Made by a program: the position numbers and the translations under genes
In this document: positions 31,860 to 43,760 of the stretch, piece after piece
Layout: each line of letters opens with the position of its first letter
Numbering within the stretch: the first letter of the stretch is position 1
Origin: an uncultured Methanosarcinaceae archaeon
Lineage (GTDB): Archaea > Halobacteriota > Methanosarcinia > Methanosarcinales > Methanosarcinaceae
Assembly (NCBI GenBank): GCA_963733675.1
Contig: CAVTET010000001.1
Location: 64,001-128,000, forward strand
Direction: 5' to 3'
Length of the DNA: 64,000 nt
The notes under the pieces: model-generated
Databases searched by the model: none
The model's input: only the letters and a program-made list of their open reading frames with translations
What the model was told of the DNA's origin: nothing

Positions 31860-32880
31860 CATATGAAAGCTATTAAAAATAGTATACTCAAAATAAGTAA
31901 ACTATTTTATAGATAAGATACGAAATTGAATTAACCCACAGTATTCAAATGCTTGGATCAACAAAGGCAATGCTCTTGGCAATTTAAACAGGTTTGAAGA
32001 TGCAATGAAAACAGTTGACAAAGAAATTGAAATTAACATACAGGGTTCATATGCGTGGTAAAATAAAGCAGTTGTTCTCTATAATTTTAATAAATTCGAT
32101 GAAGCAATGAGATTCTGTAACAAAGCAATTGAAATTAACCCGCAACTCCGAAGCTTGGTACGATAAAAGCACCTTATCTAAATAAAATAAATTCAATTTG
32201 TAATTTGAATAATTATTTTAATTTTCATGGGGGTAACAGTGGGTTTTCTACTAAATATCAATGATTAGATCATATTTAACATATTTATTCTGCAAATATT
32301 TATTTATTTTATAATTATATAATCAGTATTATGTATAAGAAACTAATTATAATCGTACTTATGATAGTATTTATATCATTGATATCAACGATCTCTAGCG
32401 CATCGACGGACTCACAAACTTTTGGTGATAAAGGAAACAGGTTTGATAGCTCAGGCCAACACGATGAAGCCATAAAAACCTATGACAAAGAATTGCAAGT
32501 GACCGACTGGACGAAAATGCTTGGATCGGTAAAAGCGACTTTTTATCTAAATCATATAAGTGCGATGAAGTAATCAAAGTAGATAACCAAGCATGTGAAA
32601 TTTTTTACAATCAAGGAGCAAATCTTGTGAACTCGGGCCAACGTGATGAAGCAATAAAAGTTTATGGCAAAGTACTTTTAAGGAAACCGGTGGGTTCAAA
32701 AGCTTGAATCTGAAAGGGTGACACTCTTGAGAAATTAGGTAGATTAGATGAAGCATACACAGATATGATAAAACAGTGATCCGGGTGGTTTGACCAAAAA
32801 AGCCATAATTATCGAAAAAATTAAGCAAATAAATCGTGGTTCTTAAACACAAAGAAGAGCTGTGATACTCTTGGTAAGAT
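31860..32880 (+). pseudogene. Fragments of TPR-repeat genes, one with a signal peptide (32331..32573)
   Basis: Repeated KAIEINPQ/AWxNKG/DEAIKxYDK pieces broken by stops and frameshifts. Confidence 0.7.
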
Positions 32881-33149
32881 ACATCTCCAATATTTTGGTT
32901 GTTTCCATTTTTTACACAGATGCACAGATTTTGCTATAAAACCTATGCATCAATGAAACTGAGAAATCCTGTTTTATAATGAAAGAAGGGAATGCATGAC
33001 AATCATTTTTACAGAACTTTCCAGGGCTCTAGGCACTTATTTTATGGAAGAGTATATCTTAACCAAAGCCCAATAAGAGGTTATTAATAGATTAAAATGA
33101 ACAAATGCTGTATACCAAAGAAAAATCATCTCTATACGCTTGTAACTAA

Positions 33150-34394
33150 CTATACTATTTGAGTCAATGTCGGTGCTGAATGCGACATTTGGTTCCGTTG
33201 CAAAAGTTCTGGAAACAGTCTCATCCATAGAATTGCAATGATTATTGTACCAATTCCACCAAGTAACACAGCAGGTATAACCCCCAAAAAGGAGGCAGTT
33301 AACCCGGATTCAAATTCTCCAAGTTGATTTGATGTACCTATAAACATTGTATTTACGGCGTTTACTCTACCTCTCATATTATCTGGGGTTTCCATTGGTA
33401 TCAATGTTGAACGGACGACTACACTTACCACATCAGATGCTCCTAACATTATAAGTGATGTGAATGATAATACAAAAGAGTTTGATAAAGCGAAAATTAT
33501 GGCAAATATTCCAAAAAATATTACCACAACAAACATAATAAGCCCTACATTTCTCTTTAATGGCTTTAGTGCCAAAATAACGGAGAGTATCAATGCACCT
33601 ATGGCAGGTGCTGAACGCAACAATCCTAAACCTAAAGGTCCAATTTTTAAAATATTACTAGCATAAACCGGTAATAAGGCTGGAGCACCTCCAAATAATA
33701 CTGCAAAAAGGTCAAGGGATATTGCCCCAAGTATAACAGGCTTGCTTTTAATGAACGATATTCCCCCGAATATTGAATTTATGGTCAGTGGTTCAGAGTT
33801 TTGCTGCTCCTTCTTTATTGAAATGAAGAGAATAATCACACTTGTCGCCAAAGGTAATATACCAGCTATAGAGTACGCAACTGTGGGATTTAATGCATAA
33901 AGGACTCCTCCAATTGCTGGGCCTAGAATGATTGCAAACTGGGCTGTAGAGGTTGCTAAAGCAGCTACCTATGGGAAAAGTTCCTTGCTGACAACATTAG
34001 GTAGCAAAGATTTCATTGAAGGGCCTTGAAAAGCATTGGCAATACCTATAAAAAAGATAGTAACGAGAATTCCCTCTTTGGTAATCCATCCGTTATGACT
34101 TTCGAAAGCAAGAAAAAAAATCCCTATACTTTCTACAATTTAACTGAAACAAATTATCAACTTTCGGTCATAACGATCTGCTACATAGCCAACTACAAGA
34201 GTAAGTAGAAACATAGGTAAAAACTGTACTAATCCAACAAGTCCAAGATAAAAAGGCATTTGAGTAAGTGAATAAATTTGCCAACCTACAGCAACACTTA
34301 ATATTTGAAAAGCAATGGTGGTTGATATACGGGCAGCCAATAAGAGTATTAAGGATCTGTTTTGAAATGCAAGTGGAACTTTAAGTGGAAACAT
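33150..34394 (-). pseudogene. MFS transporter, frameshifted
   Basis: N-terminal VAVGWQIY..LGLVGLVQFLP..ADRYDRK and C-terminal GAISLDLFAVLFGG..TPDNMRGRV..SNQLGEFESG lie in separate ORFs. Confidence 0.85.
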
Positions 34395-34754
34395 TCTATT
34401 ATTAGCTCCTTCTGATGGTAGTGCCTGGGAAGATGGAGATATCTTAGGGTTCTTCGAGGTGGCAGCGTGAGTCAAGCAGCCAGGGTCTGCACCTCAGTGT
34501 ACCGATATAGCTGCGAAAAAGATAAGTCCAGCGACTCTATTTCGGGCTTTAGTCTGTTGAGAGAACTGTGATTTTTGGTTTTGTTGCAAAATCAGTGTAA
34601 ACCTTTGCAATTAGGGAAGTTAATTATTCTTATCACCGGGAAACTAGTACACAAAGGCAATAATTGTAGTATCAAACTGCGGAAATATAATTTTTGCACC
34701 ACGACCTTTGATGGAGCTTCAAAGAAAGTGCATCAAATATCAAGATTAATATAA

Positions 34755-35339
34755 TTAATTCCTTATAGCCAACAGAAAATAGGCTTTAATGCTACTCGGT
34801 CCGAGTCCCGTATCGAAAGTTGAGTCTTTTATGTAAATAATGTTAAACAATGATTTGAAAGTAAGTTCTATTTCAGCTATTGAAATCCGCCTGAGCCCGT
34901 AGACTTTGTGCTCTTTCTCGGAAAAACAGAGCATGAAATATTTGCCGCCTGGTTTTAGCACTCTACGGACTTGCTGTGCAAAAACTGGTCTTTCCTCATC
35001 CGTCATCGCATCAAACAAACCCGAATCTATAATGAAATCAAATTCAGCCTCCATGAAAAGTCGGTCCATCTGTAACACATTTCCGACTACAAAATTCACT
35101 TTAACATGACGCTTTATGGCTTTTGCTTTTGCATCTTTGATAGCATCTTCAACAATGTCTATACCCGCGACATCACACCCATTTATGGCTAACATTATTG
35201 CATTATCACCCCGGCCACATCCAATATCCAGAGCTCTGCCAGGGTTAATTTCTCCGTCATTTATAAGAGCTTCGAAAACTGGCTGGGAATGACCGATGTC
35301 CCATGGTGGTGTGCCTATGTATGCTTTATTCCAATTCAA
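34755..35339 (-). CDS. Class I SAM-dependent methyltransferase
   Basis: PPWDIG, ALDIGCGRG, DSGLF and LKPGGKY. Confidence 0.88.
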   Translation of the reverse strand: MNWNKAYIGTPPWDIGHSQPVFEALINDGEINPGRALDIGCGRGDNAIMLAINGCDVAGIDIVEDAIKDAKAKAIKRHVKVNFVVGNVLQMDRLFMEAEFDFIIDSGLFDAMTDEERPVFAQQVRRVLKPGGKYFMLCFSEKEHKVYGLRRISIAEIELTFKSLFNIIYIKDSTFDTGLGPSSIKAYFLLAIRN

Positions 35340-35939
35340 GCTAATCTTCTCACGACTAAAAATTCAGTTACAAATTCGATTACGGATGAATAATTTACTA
35401 ATTGATCATTGTATGCTTTTAGCTTTCCCTAAATAAAATTATCTGATCAACTATAATATAGTTTTCTCAAAATAAAAGATTTTATATTATTCTCTGATTT
35501 TTTATTCCATTGAAGAACCATGTACCGAAAGTTTCATAAAAAGGAATGTTTTTAATTTCTTGCTACGATTACAAAATGAGATTTCACGGCTACGTAGGTG
35601 CAGAGATTTTTGTGATTAAACCTGTGCATCAATGAAAGCAACAAAAAATGAAACTTTGTCAGCAAAACTATTGGCTCAGTATCCGACTTTTTAATAAAAC
35701 AATGTTAATATTAAAAGTTGTTCAATGTTAAAATATTTTATGGGGAAAGAAGTTTTATTCAGAAACTATTTTTTTTATAATTAATTTATAATAACTAACA
35801 AACTCAGTAATTAATGTAGTTCATCAAAATTTATTGGTGTACTAGAATGGATATCAACCAATTAATTTTTTGTAGCTTAAATAGTTACCAAAAAAATTCC
35901 AGTATAATTATCAATTTTAGTCATAAAGAAGTAAACTAA

Positions 35940-36310
35940 ATGTTGAAACAAAAAATTAGTAGAATAAAAAAGATACTGGTTATTTTGCTTTCAGTCCTTT
36001 TTGTAGCATCAGTGACAGCTATGGCAGCTGTTACTGCTCCGCATGGCGGACACGGTGGACATATCATCATCACCATCATCACCATCACGGGTACTGGGGA
36101 TATGGTTATTATGGTTATTATGGTGGTTATGGTGGTTATTATCCAGAACCAGCTGCAGTAGAACAAGTTGTCATAGGTGGATATGGCTACGGATACGATG
36201 GAGATGGATACTGGAACAGTTATCATCACTGGCACCGCCACCACCCCCATCACCACCATCACCATCACCACCATCATGGTCACGGACACGGTGGACACGG
36301 CCATCACTGA
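35940..36310 (+). pseudogene. Secreted His/Gly/Tyr-rich small protein with a 1-nt frameshift near 36063
   Basis: Signal peptide MLKQKISRIKKILVILLSVLFVASVTAMA; after a -1 shift the frame reads HHHHHHHHGYWGYGYYGYYGGYGGYYPEP...HHHHHGHGHGGHGHH*. Confidence 0.75.
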
Positions 36311-37155
36311 TAGATCTAATAAGATAAGTCACGGAGGTATGAAGCTAGTCAATATGAAATGAAACAGCATCATAGCCATCTTTTAAAGCCATAATGAATA
36401 AATTCCTGATAACTGCTTGAATTGATGGCTATATTTTATTACCCTTTAAGCTTAGGTCCATATGAAATAAAAATAGAATTCACTTATAATTCAAGATCTT
36501 ACAATAGAAGAAACATAACTCATGCATCTTTTTCTCCGTTCCTTTAAGTATGCTTTATTACCATCTGTATTTTCGTTTAGATCTTGTCCAACTACAGATT
36601 AGAAATTTACCAGCGCATTCTAGTGTACCATTTATTGGATTGTATTTGAATTGTCGTTGATATCGTTTGCAATAAAAGTAGCATTTTATCAAGTGAAGGA
36701 AATACATTGGATTTCAACATAATTTCTTTCTGTTCTGTGAGGTTTACTATTATTTTATACTGAATAACTCTATGCACAGTTTTTTTGTCATAAAATCTCT
36801 GGATTTCCTAAATGCCATCAATAATAAGAAAACATTGCTGAGATATTACTCATGGAGCTTATGAGACTTCTAGAACATATGGAGTTCCTGAAACACTTGG
36901 AACTAATTAACCCAAACAATCATCGTAAATAGAAAAATAAGGAAATAAGATTATGCTATTTTAAAAATATTGCTTTTAAAAGTGTAGATCGATAAGAATT
37001 TAAAGAAACCGTTAATTTTAATGAGCTATTTATAAATGATTCACAACATATTGCAAATTTAAGAGTTTATAATAATCTACTAGAATAACTCATAGGCACA
37101 ACTAAGAATCTATATAGTTTCAAATATGGAAATTTGAATAAATGGAGGAATCTAG

Positions 37156-37629
37156 TTGAATAACGTTGTAGGATCAGAAGATAATAATCAAGATAATTTT
37201 CTTGAATACCGGAATGTAAATGTCCATGAAGCTTATAAAATGGTCATAAGCAACGCATTTGTTCCAAGTGATAAAGTATTCATTCTGGATGTTCGTACTC
37301 CGGCAGAATACAACTATACACATATTGAAGGAGCAAATTTGATACCATTGAGAAATGTACCGTTACATGATCCTGTTAATTTATCCGATAAAGAGCTGTT
37401 AGCGTGGCATATCCAAAATAATAAAGATTTGCCAAAAAACAAATGTACAAAAATACTTGTCCATTGCTTGAGTGGGAAAAGAGGTTCCATTGCAAGCCAA
37501 ATGCTGGTAGATTCTGGTTATAAAAGAGTCAATAACATACAAGGCGGTATCACAGCATGGGTAAATGCAGGGTATCCAGTTGTAGTTAACCTTAATTTTT
37601 GGACAGTTAATTATCCTAAGGTAATGTAG
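37156..37629 (+). CDS. Rhodanese-like domain protein
   Basis: ILDVRTPAEY..HIEGA, HCLSGKRG and GGITAW. Confidence 0.88.
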   Translation: MNNVVGSEDNNQDNFLEYRNVNVHEAYKMVISNAFVPSDKVFILDVRTPAEYNYTHIEGANLIPLRNVPLHDPVNLSDKELLAWHIQNNKDLPKNKCTKILVHCLSGKRGSIASQMLVDSGYKRVNNIQGGITAWVNAGYPVVVNLNFWTVNYPKVM

Positions 37630-38464
37630 CAACGCATTGATATTAGTTTAACTATACTTTTAGTGGTAAATTTTTGGCAATCTATTTAATTAATTTTTTG
37701 AGCCTGTCCCAAAACAAATTAGCCAGTGTACTGAAAGTTCTGTAAAATGATTGTTCTCAATATTTATCTTTCAGTAAAAAACAGGATTTTTAGGTTTCCT
37801 TCATCCACAGGTTTTCGCACAAAACTTGTGCATGAATAAAAAATAAATCATTTATTTTGTAACAAAGAAAAGGGTATAAATTAATGGTTGATTTCTTCTG
37901 ACTCATTATTATTAGCAATGCCATGAATTTGACTTTAATTGTCCAATTTTAAAACATTTTATGTGGAAATAATTTTTATTCGAAAACTATTTTTCATGTA
38001 ATTAATTTAAAATAACTATAGATGTAATTGCATATTGTAGCTTAAAGTGAAAAAAAATCAAAACGTTGCTTGAAGCAAACAGGTCAAAACAATAAATCAG
38101 AAAAAAATACAACAATAAGTGTTATTTTCAGTAAGTAAGAAATAACACTGATTTGTTTTATTTGAAGATTCTTAATACTTTCTGAGGCTGATAGATATCT
38201 AAATGCGAAGAGAGCAGTACATCTTATGGTTGCAGGCATGGCTGGCGGCGCATTTTGGGTATCTTGATATGAATGTTTGCTTTGGCCCTCTTAATCACGA
38301 AATCTATTGAAAACAAGGTACTAGAGATTAAACGAGTTCAAAGCATAAATAATCCGCCCATCTCATTTCATGAAGATGGTCTTAAATTTGAAGTCAGTTT
38401 TGATTCTGTTGAATAACTAAAGGGCTGTAACTAAATTATATCATACGTAGCTTATGGAGTTGAG

Positions 38465-38833
38465 ATTGTAACTAATCCAAATTTTTTATCAGTAAGTACG
38501 CTCAAAGGACATGTAGTTGTTAATAGGGCTAAAGAGGATCTGGGAAAGATCGAAGACTTGATGATTGATTTGGAAAATGATAGAATAGCACATGCAGTAC
38601 TTTCTTTTGGTGGATTCTTTGGTATGGGTAATAAATTCTTTGCTGTTCCTTGGAAGGCTATTGAATTGAGGCTCTATCAATACACATTGATCATCACTCT
38701 TAATTATCGATAAAGAAGTTCTAAAAGGAGCAGAAGGCGTTGATAAGGATAAATTGCCTATAACGAATGAGGAGCTATTTAAATTATATACTCACTATGG
38801 CTATGAGCCTTACTGGCAGATTCATCAGCAATA
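38465..38833 (+). pseudogene. PRC-barrel domain protein, frameshifted
   Basis: EDLGKIEDLMIDLENDRIAHAVLSFGGFFGMGNKFFAVPW, shift near 38705, then DKEVLKGAEG..YGYEPYW; no in-frame start. Confidence 0.8.
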
Positions 38834-38922
38834 AAAAGGATTCGTTTCACATTCACTTTTGAAGCGTCAAATGCGATGACTTTCAAAAGTTGGAAAGAAA
38901 CTTTAGAAAAGAGGGAGTATAA

Positions 38923-39102
38923 ATGAAAACAAGTACGAAGGATCAAGTAGAAGGTAAGCTTCACCAAGTGAAGGGAGAGATCAAGGAGACCGTCGGGAAA
39001 CTTATCAATGATTTCCACTTGAAAGCCGAAGGTAATGTTGAAAAGAAAGAAGGACAGGCGCAAGAAAAGGTAGGTCAAATAAAGAAAATCCTGGAAAAGT
39101 AA
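38923..39102 (+). CDS. CsbD family stress protein (59 aa, below the ORF-track cutoff)
   Basis: MKTSTKDQVEGKLHQVKGEIKETVGKLINDFHLKAEGNVEKKEGQAQEKVGQIKKILEK; GGGAG ribosome-binding-like sequence upstream. Confidence 0.85.
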   Translation: MKTSTKDQVEGKLHQVKGEIKETVGKLINDFHLKAEGNVEKKEGQAQEKVGQIKKILEK

Positions 39103-39679
39103 AAAGCGGCGTATTACGCGTCATACATTACCCTTTTCTTTCTTTTTCTAGTATTAAATTTTTTTGAACTTATTACATAGATAATAGAAATATATAAATT
39201 TCTACCGATTACATCCTCAATAAATCCAAAAATAACCTGAAAAATATCGTTTTACCATTTTTAGATATCATGAGACTGTTAATAAGAGATATTAATAATT
39301 CTGTTAGCTATTCTACAAAAGTATAATTTTCTATATATTTGCTTGATCTCGTTTCCATGGTTCCTGTTAAACGTTTAGAGTGTAGTTAGATAGTACTTTT
39401 GTAAAATTTTAAAATGCTTCTTGTAAGAGCTTAGAATCATAATTTCGATAAACCCTCATTTTCAACAAATTGCTTATACGTGTATTATAAATACTCAGTC
39501 AAAAATTGGGTTTATCGAAATACTCTCTATTATTTTTGGGATTTTTGATTATTTTAAATATTGTGCATTAAAGTTGAGTTAGTTTTAGGGACGGCCTTGG
39601 TACTAAATTATGGAAATTAACAAAAATAATTAAAAATTATGTATTTAATATCAAAATATTGTTTGCTTTTATAATTTGG

Positions 39680-40534
39680 GGTTCCGTTGCAAAAAATTCA
39701 AAAAAATATGTAAATCTATAAGTAATGAATACAAATCAAAATATTCAAGGAAAATGTATTAACATTATAAAACTATACCAAACAATTGATTAATGTATTT
39801 GACTTCATTAAAAACAGAGTAATTTAGATTATTGACTTGTCCTTTTTTGATCATATTCATAGCTTCAATTCCTTTTAAAGTCTTATTAGCAGATTGAAAA
39901 GACTGAAATCCTAACATTGGATTAACGATTCGCTTTATAAATCTATGATCTTGTTCTATAATGTTATTCAAATACTTGATTTGTCTAATGCCTACGTTTT
40001 TAGGTAGTATTTTATCATTTTTCAGTTTATCTATAGCATGTGGATAAGCTGGATTCTTATAAACAGTTATTACTCTTGGAATTTGATTATGATTTGAACT
40101 TAAAGCTTTCTTAAAAAATCTCTTCGCTGCTTTTCGATTTCGTTTTGCACTTAACATGAAATCAATTGTCTCTCCATTTGAATCAACTGCTCGATAAAGA
40201 TATTTCCATTTACCTTTTACTTTGATATAGGTTTCATCAACTCTCCACGAATAGTTTGTTAGTCTTAAATGTTTTCTTATCTTCTTTTCTATTTCAGGGG
40301 AATATTGATGTACCCATCTCATTATAGTACTGTGATCAACTTGAATTCCTCTTTCTATCATCATTTCCTTTAAATTTCTATAGCTCGATGGATATTTTAA
40401 GTACCATCTTACATTTAATAAAATAATTTTTCCTTCATAATGCTTCCATTTAAAGGAATTAGATAGCATATTACTATCTTTGGTTTTCTTTTTATTCTAT
40501 TGTATCATTAGAAAGGATTTTTTGCAACGGAACC
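39680..40534 (-). mobile_element. IS6-family element with TIRs and an 8-bp target duplication; transposase 39765..40469
   Basis: TIR GGTTCCGTTGCAAAAAA at both ends; TAATTTGG at 39672-39679 and 40535-40542; WRVDETY, YLYRAVD and NNIIEQDHR motifs. Confidence 0.95.
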
Positions 40535-40559
40535 TAATTTGGTATGTGGAAATAATTTT

Positions 40560-41034
40560 TATTAATAAACATTTTTTCGTATAAAAAAATAAAAATAATG
40601 TAAGTAAACATTATATTTTGAAGTTTATATCAGATGAATCAAAAGCTAATAGATCAAAAGAAGTAATTGCCAGGAAGATATTGTCCAGGTAATAGCATAT
40701 GAGTTATATTTTCAATAGTTATAGGCTCTAATTTTAATATCCAGAATATTGAAGAAATCACTACGGAATAAAAAAATACCTGAGTCCATAGGTCAATTAC
40801 TTTTTTAAACTGATATTTCTTATTTATTTGGAAAAAACCGCTGATTAAAATAAAACAGTCTACTGCGACAACACAAAAACTTTGGAATGCATTTGCAATG
40901 TTAAAATTAATATCAGATGAATTTAAATTATGTAATGCTCCGCAATACCCTATATAGTGAAGGCATATAATCATTAAGATTAAAATAATTCTTAAAAATT
41001 CAAAATTTGAATCCCGAATTGCCTTTTAAATCAT
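40560..41034 (-). pseudogene. Acyltransferase-3 family membrane protein, N-terminal remnant
   Basis: MI*KAIRDSNFEFLRIILILMIICLH..AVDCFILISGFF; premature stops; abuts the IS6 element. Confidence 0.7.
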
Positions 41035-41723
41035 CTAGTTGTTATCCAAATTGTAAATTGCTTTTAACTTCTCTAAGTAAAACCACAAAATCGTTTACTT
41101 TAGTAATATAAAATAACGTCACTTTTTATGTTGATATATAATGTAACGTCGATTATTAATATTTAAAGTGTTTGAAATTAGTTATTAATCTTTTTAGTTA
41201 CTGTTTTAATTTTTGTATATGACCTTATTTAAAGTGTCTTTTGTATACAACTTTTTGGCTTTTGAATATTACGTATCTTTTAGTAAAATCTATGTATTAT
41301 TTCTTAAATTTGACTAAAAATAACCTCTAATTTAGGGCGAAGCTGAAAAAATGCAGATATTTTACGACAAAAAAACTGTGCATTGGTAAAAACGGTAAAG
41401 TTCATTTTTGTGGCACAGTAAATTATATAAAATTGATCAGAATTTACAGAAATTTCAGTACACTGCTGAGTAATGCTTCGTGAATTTCCCTGGAATTCAA
41501 ACACTGTGAAAGTTTGTTCTATACAGGAGATGTCAGACAATTCAATTTTGAGATAAAAAGATAACAAAAAGGAAGAATTTAAGATCTTTAAATTGAAAAA
41601 AAGGAATTAAGTTTATTGCTTTTAGGAATTGTCTAACAATTTCCATTAGGCGAAGAAGAAAGTAGTAGGCTAAAAAGTGCACTTGCAATTCCCTCGCCTA
41701 AGTAGTAGATAGCTCTTCATTTC

Positions 41724-43607
41724 TTATTCGACCACAGCAATGCGATCTCTGGGTCCTGAAGATACTGGAGAGGAATGATTAAAGTAATCGACTATAGCAT
41801 CTATATCCAGAGATCCCCTAGTCCTATTGATTCCTGCCTTCAGGATAGATAAATTATCGCCTCCATCGGCCAGAAAGCTGTCTACTGTTACGCGATAAAG
41901 GCTACTCGGATTGATAGAAGTACCCTTGATCTTTATGCTGGATATATTGACCTTTTTGCCCAGGGGAGCACTTTTGTTCCAAGTATAGCCGAAGCCTTTT
42001 GAGACTTGTAATCTGTCTTTATCTCCAAGATATGTGTTGTCGAACTGTTGCTCTAATAAGGCGTCTATTTGAGTTCCATTCAAGGTCATTGTGACTAAGT
42101 TCTCTCCGAAAGGTTGAACGCTGAAGGCTTCATTATACGTGATATTAGCTGGTAGTTTACTTCCACTCAAAATTAGGTTAGAACGAATGCCACCTGGGTT
42201 CGTGAAAGCTACCACAGCACCGCCATAACAATTTGGGTTAGAGGTTGCATAGAGCTGGGCATCGGCTATGAGATCGCCCAGGGCGGATTCACCTGAATCA
42301 TTAGGTGTTGTTGTAATATTATCCGTGATGTTTCCGATCACCTTGTTTGCAAGGGGTGCAAGCAGACATTTATATTTCTTGACCAACTCGGCTACTCCGG
42401 AATCTGTAGGAACATTTCTGGACACTATAATGTTTTTGGCACTTTTCTCGATCACATTATGAGTCTTATTGCTGATCGTCAGATTGATATCTGTAAGTAC
42501 GGTTCCCTGCGCGTAAGCTTGTGTCAGTATGTGACCATCGATAAGCGTGTTATAGGCTTGATGAGTGTGGCCGGTGATGAATACAGTCACTGCACGATCG
42601 GTATGTTTGACTACATCTAAAATATGGCTACTCTTAGTTATATTCAGTTGCTCGTTGTATAATGAATCCTTATCCTGAGAGACTCCTCCATCGTGTATGA
42701 GCACCACTATGGTTTTTACCCCCATATGCTTCAGCTTCTTGACGTATTTGTTAATGGTCTCAGTTTCATTTAGAAATTTGAGTCCTTTTACTGCGAAAGG
42801 ACTAACTGTCGTTGGTGTATTCTCCAGGGCTATTCCAATGAATCCTATGGGCATTCCCTGAACATAGGTAATATTGTAAGCAGGGAATATTGTGGAGTTA
42901 GTGCTCTCATTGACTAAGTTCGCAGCCAGGAAATGGAAGTGTGCTCCTTCAAAGGATGAATTCCCCAGGTAGGCATCTTTCGGGTTACAATCGCCTTTTT
43001 GAACGCGTATTAGCTTGTTTAGTCCTTTATCGAACTCGTGGTTACCAACTGCTGAAAACTCGACTCCCATCATGTTGAGAGCCATTATTGTTGGATCGTC
43101 GTTGAAGTGGGCTGAGATCAGGGGGCTAGCACCTATGTTGTCACCAGCTGAAACTATGATTGTATTTGGGTTCATAGATTTAAGTTTCTTTATGTGAGCT
43201 GCTAGATATTCAGCACCTCCAGCATTGCCATATATATTATTCGTTTTATTGTGTCCTATAATCATTTGGCTGCTGGGTGGCTCAAGCTGGCCGTGGAAAT
43301 CATTAATAGCCAGGATCTGGACTACGATATTATCCTTTTTGCTAATGGAAGAATAAACACCTGCACGATCACACCTAGTAAGTGAATTCGGCGGATTAAT
43401 TTCAATTGCTTTGTCATATGCGTTTATTGCTTTATCGAATTTATTAAAATTAGGTACATTGTTGCTGCTGGAATTTTGAATACCCGAAAATTGTGCCGTG
43501 CTTGCGATACTCATTAGAATTAAGAATACCAATACAGTGATACCTACAGCAATTATGTAGGTATGCTTTCTATTTGCTTTATCAAATGATATTTTTATCA
43601 TTTTCAA
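41724..43607 (-). CDS. Membrane-anchored metallophosphoesterase / 5'-nucleotidase with a partial TPR
   Basis: INDFHG, AGDNIG, GNHEFD, GHTH, NPGGIR and QPFGE; N-terminal TM helix. Confidence 0.9.
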   Translation of the reverse strand: MKMIKISFDKANRKHTYIIAVGITVLVFLILMSIASTAQFSGIQNSSSNNVPNFNKFDKAINAYDKAIEINPPNSLTRCDRAGVYSSISKKDNIVVQILAINDFHGQLEPPSSQMIIGHNKTNNIYGNAGGAEYLAAHIKKLKSMNPNTIIVSAGDNIGASPLISAHFNDDPTIMALNMMGVEFSAVGNHEFDKGLNKLIRVQKGDCNPKDAYLGNSSFEGAHFHFLAANLVNESTNSTIFPAYNITYVQGMPIGFIGIALENTPTTVSPFAVKGLKFLNETETINKYVKKLKHMGVKTIVVLIHDGGVSQDKDSLYNEQLNITKSSHILDVVKHTDRAVTVFITGHTHQAYNTLIDGHILTQAYAQGTVLTDINLTISNKTHNVIEKSAKNIIVSRNVPTDSGVAELVKKYKCLLAPLANKVIGNITDNITTTPNDSGESALGDLIADAQLYATSNPNCYGGAVVAFTNPGGIRSNLILSGSKLPANITYNEAFSVQPFGENLVTMTLNGTQIDALLEQQFDNTYLGDKDRLQVSKGFGYTWNKSAPLGKKVNISSIKIKGTSINPSSLYRVTVDSFLADGGDNLSILKAGINRTRGSLDIDAIVDYFNHSSPVSSGPRDRIAVVE

Positions 43608-43760
43608 GCCTCTTTATAGGGGTTTAAACATTAATGACGAAAAAAATAATTACAACATTAGAAGTACTAAACAAAAATTTGATTTTGAAATTACAACAAA
43701 CTTGAAAGACTGCTTTTTTACATTCTTTTCTGAACTTTGGAGTTAAGTAAGCTGGCTTAC

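Noticed and set aside
35936-36362. ORF-track peptides rich in Ile/Thr/Met/Val, Ser/Pro/Trp, and the antisense ORF
   Set aside because: They are alternative frames of the CAY/GGT-TAT repeats; the His/Gly/Tyr frame joins the signal peptide coherently
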